DNA from: Scyliorhinus canicula
Taxonomy: Eukaryota
NCBI RefSeq assembly: GCF_902713615.1
Contig: NC_052157.1
Span: 58,292,325 to 58,356,324, forward strand
Reading direction: 5' to 3'
Length of the DNA: 64,000 nucleotides
Positions 37,066 to 51,160 of this stretch are shown piece after piece. Within the stretch, counting starts at the first letter, position 1. The number at the start of each line of letters is the position of its first letter. The translations under genes and the position numbers were made by a program. The notes below the pieces were generated by a model, which searched no databases, was not told the DNA's origin, and worked only from the letters and a program-made list of their open reading frames with translations.

Positions 37066-38820
37066 AGGTTACAGTGTCACATGATATAACTTGCCTGCCA
37101 CCCAGCGGTCAAACATATTTACATGTACAATTGCTTATGCATATCACTAAACTCACTATTAACCACCCTGCCAATCTTCGTGTCATCTGCAAACTTATTC
37201 ATTATCCCACCCACATTCTTATCTATATGGTTCATATATATCATGAACAATAAGGGATATAGCACGGATCCTGTGGTATGCCACTGGATACTGGCGTCCA
37301 GTCACTCAAACAGCCTTCTTCCTCCACTCTCAGTCTCCCACCCACAGCTGAGCCAATTTTGGATCCACCTTATCAAGTTACCTTGTATCACATCTGCTTT
37401 TATCATTTTTAGCAGTCTCCCATGTGGGACCTTGTGAAAGGCTTTGCTAAAATCCATATAAACTACATTACCTGCACTACACTCATCTACACACCCGATC
37501 GCCTTGAAATATTCAGTCAAATTTATTAGGCATGACCTCCCTCTGACAAAGCCATGCTGATGGTCCCTGATCAAACCTTGCCTCTCCAAGTGGAGATCAA
37601 TTCTCTCCTTCAGAATTTTCTCCATAGTTTCCCGACCACTGATGTGAGACTCACTGGTCTTTAATTCCCTGATTTATCTCTACCACCCTTTTGAAAAGTG
37701 GAACCACATTAACTGTCCTCCAATCCTCTGCCACCTCTCCTTTGGCCAGAGAAAAATTAAAAGTTTGGGTCAGAGCCCCTGTACTTTACTCCCTTGTCTC
37801 CCACAGCAGTCTGGGATACAACTCATCCGGACCTGGGGATTCGTTCATTTTAAGCAGGCCAAAACATCCAATACCACCTCACGCCCTCTGTCAAACTGTT
37901 CAAGAACATCACAGTCCCTCTCACTGCATTCTTTACCGACATCCTCCTGCTCCTGATTGAAGAGAGGTGTGAAGTATTCCTTCAACCCTGACAAATGTTC
38001 AATGGCTCCACACACAGATTGCCTCCCTTGATCCTTCCTGGGCCCTACTCATTCTCTGGATATCCACTTTCCCTGGATATACTTACAGAATATGGTGGAA
38101 TTCTCCCGAATCTAATTCAAGCGCTTTCTCAATTCCCCTCTTTGCTCTCCTAATTACTTTCTTCAGTTCCCCACTGTACTTTCTGTTCTCCACGCAGACA
38201 TCCATTGATTTGTTCCCTTTGTATCTGCTAAAAGCCTCTCTTTTCTTTCTTATCCTGTCCTAAATATTTGTAGGCATCCACAGTTCCCTGGGCTTATCGG
38301 TCCTACATTTCACTCCAAAGGGAGCATGTTGGGCCTGTATGCTCTCTATTTCCTTTTTCAGTGCCCCCCACTGCTTTGCTGTGATTTCCCCCAAGAAGCT
38401 GCTCCCAGTCTTCCTTAGCCAGATTCTGCATTATCTTTATAAAATCTGCCTTCACCAGTTCAAAACCATTTTTTGCAGACCAGCTTTTTCCTTTTCCATA
38501 ACAAACTTAATTTGTACTGTCTTGTGGTCGCTATCGCTGAAATGCTCCCTCATTGCCATACCCACTTTGTTCCGCAGAATTAGAACCAGCACTGTGTCGC
38601 CCCTTGTTGGACCTTCTACATATCTCTCCAATGTGGGGAAACATCCTCTCAGTATTTTCTGTGTCAATCCCCTTAAGAATCCTGTATGTTTCAATGAGAT
38701 CACCTCTCATTCTTCTAAATTCCAGCGAGTAGAATCCCAACCTCTTTAACTTTTGCTCATAAGACAATCCCTCCATAGCCAGGATCATCCCGGTGAACCT
38801 TTTCAGGACATCCTCCAATC
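36000..38820 (-). mobile_element. CR1 LINE fragments (interrupted by a solo LTR)
   Basis: GFVRGRSCLINL, YMDFSKAFHKVPH, GFYSLEFRRMRGDLIETY motifs. Confidence 0.85.
36870..37151. mobile_element. Solo LTR with 5-bp TSD CTCAC
   Basis: TSD at 36865-36869 and 37152-37156; starts TGTTA, right end decayed (CACTAAA); contains a long poly-C run. Confidence 0.7.
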
Positions 38821-38828
38821 AAATAGTC

Positions 38829-39617
38829 GGTGCGATCTACTGCTGTGTTGCACCAGAAAGGCAGTGCCGCGTTGCCGGTAGATGCTGGGAGACTCCTCTT
38901 CCGGGATCCATCTGACTTACAACACCTGGTAAGATCTAATGTGATCTCGCGAGATGTTGCAATCTAAATCCCACCCATTATGGATAGGATCAGTATTTTG
39001 CAAATTACCATATTAGAATGAAACAGCTGGTCTCACTCTAATATGCACTTCACTGATCTACCCGAGGCGTTGGGATCTAAGCCCTTCAACTCTGAGACCT
39101 CAAGCAAGATCTGTACAGTGCTGGTCCCCACATGGAGGGACCAGATGAATGGTACTTCAGAGGTCTCCCAGGGGATTGAAGGGCCTCAGGTGCTGGTCCA
39201 CTGTGCAGGGTGGCACCCTGCACTGATGGTGCAACCTGGGTACCTTGGCACTGCCAGGGTGCCGGGTTGGCATTTTTCCTGTGCCGGGTTCTGGCCCTGG
39301 GGTGCCCTGCGCATGTAAGGTAGGATGTAGGGGGCCCCTAGGACCCCACTGCAAGTGAGTTGGGGCTTTGTGAGAAGGTTCGGGGGTCAAGTTGGGGGGG
39401 GTCAAGAGATTGAGACGACTGACTCTCGGTGAACAGAGTTCCTCAGTGCAGGAAACCAGACAACATGCAGCCTCGGTAGGGCATTCCCCGCTGAGGTCCC
39501 GAATTGCAACAGCGTCCTAATCGATAGTGGGGTGTTTCTCAGTGTTGCGAACGCCAAGAAACATCCAACTAAACACACTCATCACGGGACCCTGTTGCAC
39601 TTTGGTTCGATTGCGCC
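38829..39617. mobile_element. GC-rich non-autonomous DNA element, Harbinger-like
   Basis: Imperfect TIR GGTGCGATC / GATTGCGCC; interrupts CR1 sequence. Confidence 0.4.
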
Positions 39618-40003
39618 AATACCTTTCCCTAAATAAGGGGATCAAAACTGTTCACAATACTCCAAGTGTGGCCTTTCCAGTACCTTGGACAGTTGCAGCA
39701 AGACATCCCGACTCTTATACTCCAGCCCCCTTGAAATAAGGGCCAACATTCCATTAACCGTCCTGATTACCTGCTGCACCTGTGTGCTAGCTTTCTGTGT
39801 TTCGTGCACAAGTATCCCCCAAGTCCCTTTGTGCTGCAGCTTTTCTCCATTTCAATAAAACACTGCTCTTTTCTTCCCCCTTCCAAAACAAACAACTTCA
39901 CATTTTCCCGCATTCTAATCCATCTGCCAACTTTCTGTTCACTTACTTAACCTATCAATATCTCTTTGCAACACTGTTTGTATCCCTATCACAAGTTGCC
40001 TTT

Positions 40004-41826
40004 TGTTATTACGCCCTGGGTGAGTGCAAAGGCAATTCCAGCCCCACAGATCCAGGAGTCACAACACAAGTGAATTGACCAATAATTTGTATGAAGTTTC
40101 TGAGATCTTTGGACCTTCGCTATTCCCATTAACTACAGGCACCAGATTTGTAAGTTAAACACAACTGTTTATTTATAACAGACATAAAGATGAAATATGC
40201 AATGATATCATGGAATAACGGCCTGCTAATCTGCTACCCCCTTTTCTGTCCTACCCTCTATCCAAGCACACACAATACAGACTATCACAGAGGGAGGGGA
40301 AGGGGTAAAATAATAGGAATTGAAAGGAAATGAAAGAGGAGTGTCCTTGCTTCCGATGGCAAGGTCATTTTTGCAGCAGGCTATCCTCCTAGGATATGGA
40401 GTGATTGAAACCAAAGGTGTATAGTTACAGATGATCTCTTGGCAGGTGCATTCAGTCAATATTCTCCGCTGTAGGATTCCCTCTGGGGAGTCACTTTAAT
40501 TTGAATTAACCTGGGACTTCACACAGAAGATCCTCCTTGGGCTTGTTTAATTCTTACTTGTTTCCAACTCCACCAGAATTACCAACGGTCCTTCTGACTA
40601 ATAAGAACAGTGTTCCTCACATGAGATTTTTAACAGTGTTTTTAAATAGCTGACCCTGCCTTCAGCTGCTGCTGGCGTGGATTTTCCTGCACTTCAATCT
40701 GGTTGTGCAGAGAGGAAGCCCTTGGGCGAGATTCTCCGCAAATGCGGAGAATCGTAAAGGCTGCCGTGGGACTGGCCGTGACCCACGCCAGCCTTTACGG
40801 CTACTTCCGGGGCCGATTCTCCCCCCTGGGCGGGGCTAGGAGCGCGGCCCCGTGCATCACGGCGGTGCGGCCTTTACGACGGTCGTCAAGGCTGCACGTC
40901 AATCGTCATGGCGGCTGATGCGGCCGATGACGTCAGCCGCGCATGCGCAGGTTGGACAACGCCAACCCGCGCATGCACAGTTGCCGTCTTTCTCCTCAGC
41001 CACCCGGCAAGATATGGCGGCTTGATCTTGCTGGGCGGCGGAGGGGAAAGAGTACGTCTGTTTTGGACGCTGACCCGACGATCGGTGGGCACCGATCGCA
41101 GGCCTGTCCCCTCCCGAGCACAGTTGTGGTGCTCCTGTGCCAATCGGGCCTCTAGATGCCCCAAACGGGCATCTGGCGCCCGTTTCACGACGACAGCAAG
41201 CAGGTGTGTTTGCTGCCGTGTTGAAACGGGCGTGAAGGCCCGGCCGCTCGGCCCATCGGCCTCGGAGAATCGCCGCTCGCCATAAAAAACGGCGAGCGGT
41301 GATTCGTGGCGTAGGGGGGGTGTAATAGCGGGAGGGCGTGAAAAATGTCGGGAGGCCCTCCCGCTATTCTCCCACTTGGCGTGGGGGCGGAGAATCGCAC
41401 CCCTTTACTTTGGATCTTTCGACAGAATCCATCAGATGAGAGAGAGAGGGAGGGAGACAGAGAGAGATGAGGGCTGTGACCCTCCAGCTTCTGACAAAAA
41501 TGAAAACTAAAAGCTAAAACAGTCTTGCAGAGGAAGGAACATTCCAGGGAAAACCTTCACCAATCACTGCCTGTCCTTGAGAAGAACCTGGCTTATGGGA
41601 CAGCTCATTGGCCACCAGTCAAGTCCATCAAGATGTATCATCACTTATGTCAGACCAAACCGCACATCCTGCTGGAAATTCCTGTTTTAAATTAAAGGTA
41701 AGCTGCTTGGCTTTAAAGCCATTAACCAGCCATGGACCCAGACCAAGAGCAAAATAGCTTGACAGAAATTAAAAGGAGGAAAGGGAAACAGACAGGGGTT
41801 CTGTGTTGTCTGTAAATTTGGCTACA
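40004..41826. mobile_element. LTR-like element split by a MITE
   Basis: TGTTA...GCTACA termini; no clear TSD found. Confidence 0.45.
40724..41402. mobile_element. PIF/Harbinger-like MITE, same family as 17989-18714 in opposite orientation, TSD CTT
   Basis: Termini GGGCGAGATTCTCC / GGAGAATCGCACCC; CTT at 40721-40723 and 41403-41405; shared internal palindrome CGATCGGTGGGCACCGATCG. Confidence 0.85.
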
Positions 41827-41829
41827 GTG

Positions 41830-44800
41830 TATTCGCTTCCTTCCTCCAAGTCATTCATACATATACATAAAAAAACAGTTTAGAAAATAAATAATTAGGG
41901 TTTAAAAACCAAATTAAAAACTAATTAAATAAAATAGACATCATGAGAGCAGGTGATGTGTTTCTGCAAGATTTGGGAGCTGGTGGATCCCATTGTGGTT
42001 CTGTAGTAAGTGTTGGTTGCTTGAGGAACTCCAAATCAAAGTTGATGAGCTGGAGTCTGAGCTTCGGACACTATGACAGGGGGAGGGAGAGAGTTACCTG
42101 GACATGTATTCCAGGAAACAGTCACACCCCTGAGAATAGCTAACTTAAATTCAGCCAGTGATCAAGGACAGGAGGGTGTGGCTGCGAGTGAGGCAGGTAG
42201 AGGGATCCAGGAGGTAGGGTTGCAGGAGACTCAGACTTTATCCCTGTCCAACAGGTTTAAGCATCTTTCTCCCTTCTCTGTGAACAGGGTTCAGAATCCT
42301 GAAGGTTGTGTTGCGTACGTGGTGCTCGGGTTCAGGATATCTGATCTGGGCTGCAGAGGAACTTGGAGTGGGAGGGTTTAGATCCAGTTTCCGTGGTCCA
42401 TGTTGGTACCAACGATATAGGTAGAACAAGGACAGAGGCTCTGCTAAGCGGGTATGAACAGCTAGGAGCTAAATTAAAAAGCAGAACCAAAAAGATAATA
42501 ATCTCTGGATTACTACCTGAGTCACGAGCTAATTAGCACAGGTTCAATACGATTAAGGAGGTAAATGCGTGGCTCAAAGATTGGTGTGAAATTAGCACCA
42601 GTACGGAGGAAGGGGGGCCTGTTCCGAAGGGACGGTTTTATCTGAATCACGCTGGGACCAGAGTCCTAGAGAATTGCGTAACTAAGGTTGTAGATATGAC
42701 TTTGAACTAAATATAGGGTGGGCGGGGGGAGGGTTCAGTTGTCGGGGAAAGAGGAAAACCCAATTTAAAGGATAAGAGAAGAGTGCAGGTTAGCAATGTG
42801 GTGGATGGTGACCAGAAAATAAAAGTGAGGGATAGAATAGGTGAATGTCTTTATGCACCAAGAAATGAAAGAAGAGTAGGGAAATCTAACATAAAACAAA
42901 TTTTAAAGCTTTGTACCTAAATGCAATAAGCATTCGTAACAAACTTAATGTACTAATGGCGCAAGTAGAAACAAAAGGTTATGACTTGGTGGGTTTACTG
43001 AAACATGGTTACAAGGAGACCAGGGCTGGGAATTGAATATCCAAGGGTACGCACCATTTCGGAAAGATAGGTTTAAAGGAAAAGGAGGTGGCGTAGCCCT
43101 GCTGGTGAGGAAAGTCCATGATGTGGAGATGCCGGTGTTGGACTGGGGTGAGCACAGTAAGAAGCCTTCAGTTTCTTCAGGCTTCACTAGCTTTCGGAGT
43201 ACTGCTCCTTCCTCAGGTGAATCATTTACCTGAGTAAGGAGCAGTGCTCCGAAAGCGAATGATTCGAAACAAACCTGTTGGACTTTAACCTGGTGTTGTA
43301 AGGCTTCTTATGGTGAGGAAAGGGATCAGCGATGTAATGAGAAATGACATTAGCACTGGAAATCAAGCTGTCGAATCAGTCTGGGTAGATATAAGGAATA
43401 ACAAAGGGAAGAAGTCCTTGCTATGAGTAATCTATAGGTCCCCAAACAGCAGTTCTACAGTGGGGCACAGTATAAACCAGAAAAGTCTGGGGGCTTGCAA
43501 GAAAGATACGGCAATAATAATGGGTGATTTTGATGTGCACATAGACTGGAGGAATCAAACTGGCAAGGGTAGCCTGGGGGCAGAGTTCATTGAATGCATC
43601 AGAGATTGTTTCCTGGAGCAATATGTTGGGGAACCAACCAAGGAGGAGGCAACTCTCGATTTGGTATTCTGTAATGAAGAGGGATTAATTAATGACCTCA
43701 TAGTTAATGATCCACTGGGGAATAGTGACCATAGTATGGTAGAATTCAAGATTCATTTTGGGGGTAAGAGTCCCACACTTGCATTCTGGAATTAAAAAAA
43801 GGAAATGACATAGGCTTGAGGACAGATTTGGTCCATATAGACTGGGCAGGAAGGCTACAAGGTCGGACAACTGATGATCAGTGGCAGTTGTTCAAGGAGA
43901 TACTCAATTCCTCACAACTAAAATATATCCCAGTGAGGAAGAAAGATGGGAAGAGGGGTAAAAACATCCATGGCTAAACAAGGAGGTCAAGGACATTATA
44001 AAGACTAAAACTAAGTTATATCATATTGCAAAGGACAGTGGCAGGCTGGAAGATTGGGAAACGATTATAAATAAACAGCATGGTAGCATGGTGGTTAGCA
44101 TAAATGCTTCACAGCTCCAGGGTCCCAGGTTCGACTCCCGGCTGGGTCACTGTCTGTGTGGAGTCTACACGTCCTCCCCGTATGTGCGTGGGTTTCCTCC
44201 GGGTGCTCCGGTTTCCTCCCACAGTCCAAAGATGTGCGGGTTAGGTGAATTGGCCATGCTAAATTGCCCGTAGTGTCCTAAAAAGTAAGGTTAAGGGGCG
44301 GTTGTTGGGTTACGGGTATAGGGTGGATACGTGGGTTTGAGTAGGGTGATCATTGCTCGGCACAACATTGAGGGCCGAAGGGCCTGTTCTGTGCTGTACT
44401 GTTCTATGTTCTATGTTCTAAAAAGGATACTAAAAAAGTAATTAAAAGAGCAAAGGTAAATATGAAAAAAAACCTTGCACAGAATATCAAAAAGGATGCC
44501 AACGTTTCTACAGGTACATAAAAGAGAGTCACTAAGGTGAATGTTGGCTCCTTGAAAGATGAAACTAGTGAGTTAATAGTGTGGAACACAGAAATGGCAG
44601 AGATGCTAAATCAATACTTTGCCTCAGTTTTCATGGTGGAGGACAGCACAGTGGCACAGTTGTTAGTGCTGCTCCTTCACAGCGGCAAGGTCCCAGGTTC
44701 CATCCTGGCTCTGGTTCACTGTCCGTGTGGAGTTTGCACATCTTCCTTGTGTTTGCATGGGTTTCGCCCTACCACCCAAAGATGTGCAGGGTATGTGGGT

Positions 44801-45430
44801 TGGCTACGCTAAATTGCCCCGTAATTGGAAAAAATGACTTGGGTACTCTAAATTTATTTTTAAAAAGTTTTCACGATACATTAGTACCATTCCTGTAGGA
44901 GCAGGCAATTCTGAGGTAATAGAAAGGGTGGAATTTGGAATAATCAGCATCAATAGGGAAACGGTGCTCAACAGACTCTTGGGATTGAGGGCAGATAGGT
45001 CCCCAGGGCCTTCTGGCCTACATCCTAGGGCGTTAAAGGAAGTGGCAGCAGAGATAGTGGATCCATTGGTAATGATATTCCAAAATGTCATGGATACGGG
45101 AAAGGTTCCAGTGGATTGGAAAAATGTTAACGTAATGTCCTTATTCAAAAAGGGAGGGAGGCAGAATGTGGAAAATTACAGACCAGTTAGTTTAACATCT
45201 GTTGTTGGAAAATTGTTAGAATCAACAATCAAGAACGTAATATCAGGATATTTGGAAAGCGAAAACACTATCCATCAGAGTCAGCATGGTTTTATGAGTG
45301 ACAAATCAGGTTTGACTAATTTGCTTGAGTTTTTTGAAGGTGTAACAAGCAAAGTGGATAATGGGGATCCTGTAGATATAGTGTACCTGGACCTCTGGAA
45401 GGCATTCAATAAGGTTCCGCACAGAAGGGT
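41830..45430 (+). mobile_element. CR1 LINE with 5' end retained: ORF1 (SGNH-esterase-like) and ORF2 (EN, RT N-terminal half), decayed, with SINE insertions
   Basis: ORF1 from ATG 41943, VHVGTNDIGR at ~42394; EN motifs IYRSP, MGDFD, LGNSDH; RT motifs [25 protein letters not shown]. Confidence 0.85.
44074..44865 (+). mobile_element. Two SINEs (~44074-44420 V-SINE with (TGTTCTA)n tail; ~44641-44865) within the CR1
   Basis: tRNA heads and family cores match the 5844 and 1679 copies. Confidence 0.85.
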
Positions 45431-45737
45431 GAGATCATATGGGATTAGTCTCGATGGGTCGAATGGGCTAAATCTGCTCCTATATCTTCTGAACTTACTG
45501 GAAACAGTTGCGGACCCTGTGGAATCCCATTGGTTACAGTTCCCTGAAAAAGAATCCCTTATACCCAGTTGCTATTTCCTGCCCATTAGCCAATTCCTTA
45601 TCCATGCAAACACCCTGAGCCCTTATCTTATGACTTATCTTTTTTTGTGACGTGCCTTGTTGATCACTTTCTGGAAGTCTAAATACAACACATCTATTGG
45701 TTCCACTTGTGATAAATGGACGATTTTAGGAATATTG

Positions 45738-46142
45738 TGTCATAATATATACACATGTATATGATGGTGCACAGACAGGCATTGATTGACACACAGGATG
45801 ACTAGTGAGCACACAGAACACAGCAGCCAATCACCAGACAGGACACGGCCACTATAAAGCCAGAGGGCACTAGTTTTCCCACTCTCTTGAGATCCAGCCT
45901 CTGAGACAGTCAGAGCCCATTAACAACAACTAGAACATCCACCATGTGGTAGTAAGATAATCTGGTCAGGTTAGCCTCAGGTCTCCAGTCAACTCAGCAT
46001 AGTGTCAACCCACAGTTAAAGTATGTATGATAGTTATGAGTTCAATAAAATTGAGTTGCATTTCTTTGAGTGTTGGAAGCCTGTCTCTCTCACTGCTGCA
46101 GTAAATGCAGTCCTTGCAAACCCAGTTTACCCATCACATCAC
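45738..46142 (+). mobile_element. Solo LTR
   Basis: TGTCATA start; CCAAT, TATAAA and AATAAA in order; ends CATCACA. Related in layout to the LTR at 52147. Confidence 0.7.
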
Positions 46143-46202
46143 ATTGGATTCTAGATTAGGAGCAATTTAAGGGCTAAAAGCTTGGCTTATAGTGTGTTTA
46201 AA

Positions 46203-46957
46203 TGTAGTGGTCATATTTTTGAAAAAAAAATTGTTTTTGCAGGACCTGGAAGCTTTTAGGAGCCAGAAGGTGAAATTAACAAAAGAAATGGTGTTTGTCA
46301 TTCTGCGCTAAGGCACTGATTTGACTGTGGAAAGTCCCTGGGGAGTTAATGTGCCTCAGGCTGCAGAGTTGATTTGTCTTTCAGCTTGGGGAGATGAGGT
46401 CATTGCTGAGTGGAGCTAAGCAATACAGAGAGACATTTTGGAAAAAAAGCTTTGGAAGGAAGGGTTGAAGTCTGATCTGTCCACAATTCTCTCACAGCAG
46501 GATAGTTATAAAAGAGTAATAATATTTAAAGCAGAGCAGTCTTGTCTGAGGGCGAGGAAGTAGCCGAAACAAGCCAGGTGAACAAGCTTTTTGAAGATAT
46601 TCAGCCAGTGTCTGAAGAGGTTCTAACAGGAGTCCAAATCTGTTTTGTAAAGCAAGTATTAGTCTCAGCAATGCTGATTTTAAGATGGGTTGAAAGCTTT
46701 ATGTTTCTTTTGTCGTTGTTTCATGTGAAATTGAGTAGTAGTATTGAGGGACAATTATAAGCTGTTCTTTTCAGGTGTGAAGTTAAAGAGTTTAATATTG
46801 TATTTCTATTACAGTTATGTTTTTAATATATAAAATCCATATTTCGTCATGCGATCACCTCTGCAACAAATCATTCCTTCTGCATAGTCTTACAAATAAA
46901 CTAGAATATTGGGGTTTTGGTCCAGCGTCCTGGCCTCTGTTGGGGTCTGGTCTTACA
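46203..46957 (+). mobile_element. Solo LTR-like element
   Basis: TGTAG...TTACA termini with internal ATAAAA/AATAAA-like signals; TSD not found. Confidence 0.5.
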
Positions 46958-47262
46958 TCACAATACTCTCTATCCACTCTGGTGAGACTTTTTCAAAAAA
47001 ATTAGTCAGACCACAATTTCCCTTTCATAAAGCCATGCTGACTCTGCTTACTTAGATTATGATTTTCCAAATGTGCCACTATTAGTTCCTTAATAATTGA
47101 TTTCAGCATTTTTCCAAAAATAGTATGAGGCTAATTGGCCGATAGCTATAGTTTTTGCCTCCCCTCATCCATAGGGGAGTCATATTGGCAGTTTTCCAAT
47201 CCTCCAGTACTTCTCCAGAATCCAAGGATTTTTAGAAAAGTACAACCAATGCATTCACTATC

Positions 47263-47443
47263 TGAAATGAAATGAAAATCGCTTATTGTCACAAGTAGGC
47301 TTCAAATGAACTTACTGTGAAAAGCCCCTAGTCACCACATTCCGGCGCCTGTTCAGGGAGGCTGTTACGGGAATTGAACCGTGCTGCTGGCCTGCCTTGG
47401 TCTGCTTTCAAAGCCAGCGATTTAGCCCTGTGCTAAACAGCCC
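47263..47443 (-). mobile_element. short SINE within a minus-strand CR1 fragment (46960-47870)
   Basis: Same family as 4175-4352. Confidence 0.85.
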
Positions 47444-47869
47444 CTCTGTATCTCTGTAGCTGCTTCTTTTAGGATCCTAGGCTGCAAGTCATCAGAGCCA
47501 GAGGACCTATCAGCTTTTGTCCCATTAGTTTATCTAAAACTACTTGTCTAGTTATGGTGATGGTATTTCATTCTTCCCCCATGTTCTTTGGTTTTAATGG
47601 GATGTTCAAAGTATCTTCCACCGTAAAGACTGATGCAAAATATCTGTTTAATTCCGCTGCCATTTCCTTGTTCCCCATAACTATCTCCCAAGCTCATTTT
47701 CTAAGGTGTCAATCTTCATTTTCACCTCTCTCATCCTTTTTATATATTTAAAAAAGCTCTTGTCAGTTTTTATTTTCCTCGTGGGTTTGCCCTCATAGTT
47801 TTCTTCCGCTCTTTATTATCATTTTAGTCCCAAATGCTGGATTCAGAATTTTTTGCAGCCTTCAGGGAG

Positions 47870-50800
47870 ATTACTGGTCAGTATTGAGGGAGTGATGCAC
47901 AGTCTGAGGGTCAATGCTGAGGGGAGGCTGTACTGTGGGATGTTAAGTTCTGGGCGGCGCTGCAGTGTCAGATGGCCAGAACTGAGGGAGTGCTACACTG
48001 TTTGAGGGTCAGCACTCAGAGAGCATTGCACCGTTTGAGGGTCAGTACAGAGGAAGTGCTTTACTGTTGAAGAGTCAGCAATGAGGGAGCACTGCACTGT
48101 CAGAGTTTCAGAACTGAGGGAGTGTTGAACTGTTGGAGGGTCAGTACTGAGGAAGTGCTGAATTGTTTGATGATCAGCACTGAGAGAGTGCTGCACTGTT
48201 GGAGGGTCAGTACTAGCTGGTGCTGCACTTTCGGAGGATCAGTACTGAGGGAGTGCAACACTGTCAGAGGTGTAACAATATATACATTGTATGGGAGAGA
48301 AAGTGTTATCAGTTTAATGTTATTACTTCTTACCATTAGAGGTTGATCAAGTGAAGTCACATATATATCACGTGATGACCCTTGTTTCTGGGAGAAGGTG
48401 TTTAGGTGTGAGATAGAGTAGTTCTGTATTCGAAATTTCTGCCATTAGAGTTTAACATAGTTCATTTTAGCAACCTTACACTTAGGAATACGTTTGAATC
48501 TTTAGAAATGTTCCTAAATCAACTTTGTTAATTTACTTAACTTGATGTTCTTCGTTCAACACTATGCATTCAAGACATCCAGACAAACAAAACAGAGAAC
48601 ATCACATGCTGCCAGGTTGTGGTTCCTAAAGTACAATAGTAAGGTTGAGATAGAAAGAAAAATTCTCCGTTCGAAAAAAAACCTGTGAAGATCAAAATAA
48701 AAAAATCTCAACCAGACTCCGATCGGAACAACTTTGTGGAAGCCAGCAGCGTCAAAAAAGAAACTGCCAGGTTGCAGCTTCATGTCAGGTTTGCAGACTC
48801 CAAAGCAATTCAAGACATCAGTCAAACTAATTATAAATTGGCAAAATTTGAAACAACAGTTTGAACTTTATATCTTAGTCTCAGACCTCAAAGTGGCCAG
48901 TGATCACTGTCGGAGGGTCAGTGCTGAGTGAGTGCTATACAGTCAGAGGGTCAGTACTGAAGGAGTGCTGCACTGTCGGAGGGTCAGTACTGAGGGAGAG
49001 CTGCACTGTCAGAGGGTCAGTACTGAGGGTGTGCTGCACTGTCAGAGGGTCAGTACTGAGGCAGTGCTGCACTGTCAGAGGGTCAGTACTGAGGGAGTGC
49101 TGCACTGTCAGAGGGTCAGTACTGAGTGAGTGCTACACAGTCAGAGGGTCAGTACTGAGGGAGAGCTGCACTGTCAGAGGGTCAGTACTGAGTGAGTGCT
49201 GCACTGTCAGAGGGTCAGTACTGAGGGAGTGCTGCACTCTCGGACGGTCAGTACTGAGGGTGTGTTGCACTCTCAGAGGATATGTACTGAGGAGTGCTGC
49301 TCTGTAAAGGAGTCAAAATTGAAGGAGTGCTGCACTGTTCGAGGGTCTTAACTCGGTAAGTGCTGCAATGTCAGAGGGTCAGTCCTGAGGAAGTGTTGCA
49401 CTGTTGGAGGGCCATTACTGAGGGAGTGCTACACTGTCAGGTGCTCAGTGATGGGAGAGCTCTGCTATATCGGAGGGTCAGTCCTGAGGAAGTGTTGCAC
49501 TCTCAGAGGGTCAGTACTGAGGAAGCGCTGGACTGTCGGAAAGTCAGTACTGAGGGAGTGCTGAACTGACAGAGAGTCAGTCATAAAGAAATGCTACCAT
49601 CTCGGAGGTTTAGTACTGAGGGAGCGCTGCACTGTCCGAGAGTCAGTACTCAGAAAGTGCTCTACTGTCAGAGGATATATACAAAGGGAGTGCTGCACTG
49701 CCAGAGGTTGAGCATTGGGGAGCACTGCACATTTGGAGGGTCAGTACTGAGAGAGCGCTGCACTGTCAAGGATCAATACTGAGGGATTGCTGCATTATCA
49801 GAGTGTCAGAACTGAGGGAGTGCTACACTGTTGGAGAGTCAGCACTGAGGGAGTGCTGCACTGTTGGAGGGTCAGCACTGAGGGAGTGCTGCACTGTTGG
49901 AGGGTTGGTAGTGATTTAGCATTGCACTGTTATGGGGTTAGTACTGATGGAGCGTTGCATTGTCAGAGAGTCAGTTCTGAGGGAGTGTTGCACTGTGAGA
50001 TGATCAGTTTTAAGGGGGTGCTGCACTGTCAGAGGGTCAGTACTGAGGGAGTGCTGTACTCTTGGAGGGTCTGTCCTGAAGTTGTACTGAGCTGCGGTAT
50101 GGTCAGTGCTGAGGGAGTATTGAACTCTCAGAGGGTCAGCACTGATGGAACACTCACCTGGCTGAGGGTCAGTAACTGAGTGAATGCTGCTCCAGCAGAG
50201 TGTCACTGAGGGAGTGATGCACTGCCAGAGAGTCAGTGCTGTGGGAGTACTGTATTGTGATGTTCAGTACTGAAGGTGGGCTGCACTGGGCTGTGGTCAA
50301 TACTGCATGAACGATGCACTGTTGGAGGGTCAGTACTCAGGGAGTGCTACACTGCCAGAGGGTCAGTACTGAGGGAATGCTACACTGCCAGAGGGTCAGT
50401 ACTGAGGGAATGCTGCACTGTCAGAGGGTCAGTACTGAGGGAGTGCTACACTGCCAGAGGGTCAGTACTGAGGGAGTGCAACACTGCCAGAGGGTCAGTA
50501 CTGAGGGAGTGCTGCACTGTTAGAGGGTCAGTACTGAGGGAGTTCTACACTGCCAGAGGGTCAGTACTGAGGGAGTGCTGCACTGTCAGAGGGTCAGTAC
50601 TGAGGGAGTGCTGCACTGTCAGAGGGTCAGTACTGAGGGAGTGCTGCACTGTCAGAGGGTCAGTACTGAGAGAGTGCTGCACTGTCAGAGGGTCAGTACT
50701 GAGGGCGTGCTGCACTGTCAGAGGGTCAGTACTGAGGGAATGCTGCACTGTCAGAGGGTCAGTACTGAGGGAGTGCTGCACTGTCAGAGGGTCAGTACTG

Positions 50801-51160
50801 AGGGAGTGCAACACTGCCAGAGGGTCAGTACTGAGGGAGTGCTGCACTGTTAGAGGGTCAGTACTGAGGGAGTTCTACACTGCCAGAGGGTCAGTACTGA
50901 GGGAGTGCTGCACTGTCAGAGGGTCAGTACAGAGGGAGTGCTGCACTGTCAGAGAGTCAGTACTGAGGGAGTGCTACACTGCCAGAGGGTCAGTGTTGAG
51001 GGAGTGCTGCACTGTCAGAGGGTCAGTGCTGAGGGAGCAGTACATTGTCAGAGGGTCGGTACTGAGGGAGTGCTGCACTGTCAGAGAGTCAGTGCTGAGG
51101 GAGTGCCGCACTGCCAGAGGGTCAGTGCTGAGGGAGCAGTACATTGTCAGAGGGTCAGCG
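47870..51160 (+). repeat. 33-bp minisatellite arrays (47870-48270; 48903-51160, with a degenerate middle)
   Basis: Same unit; the largest array in the window. Confidence 0.95.
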
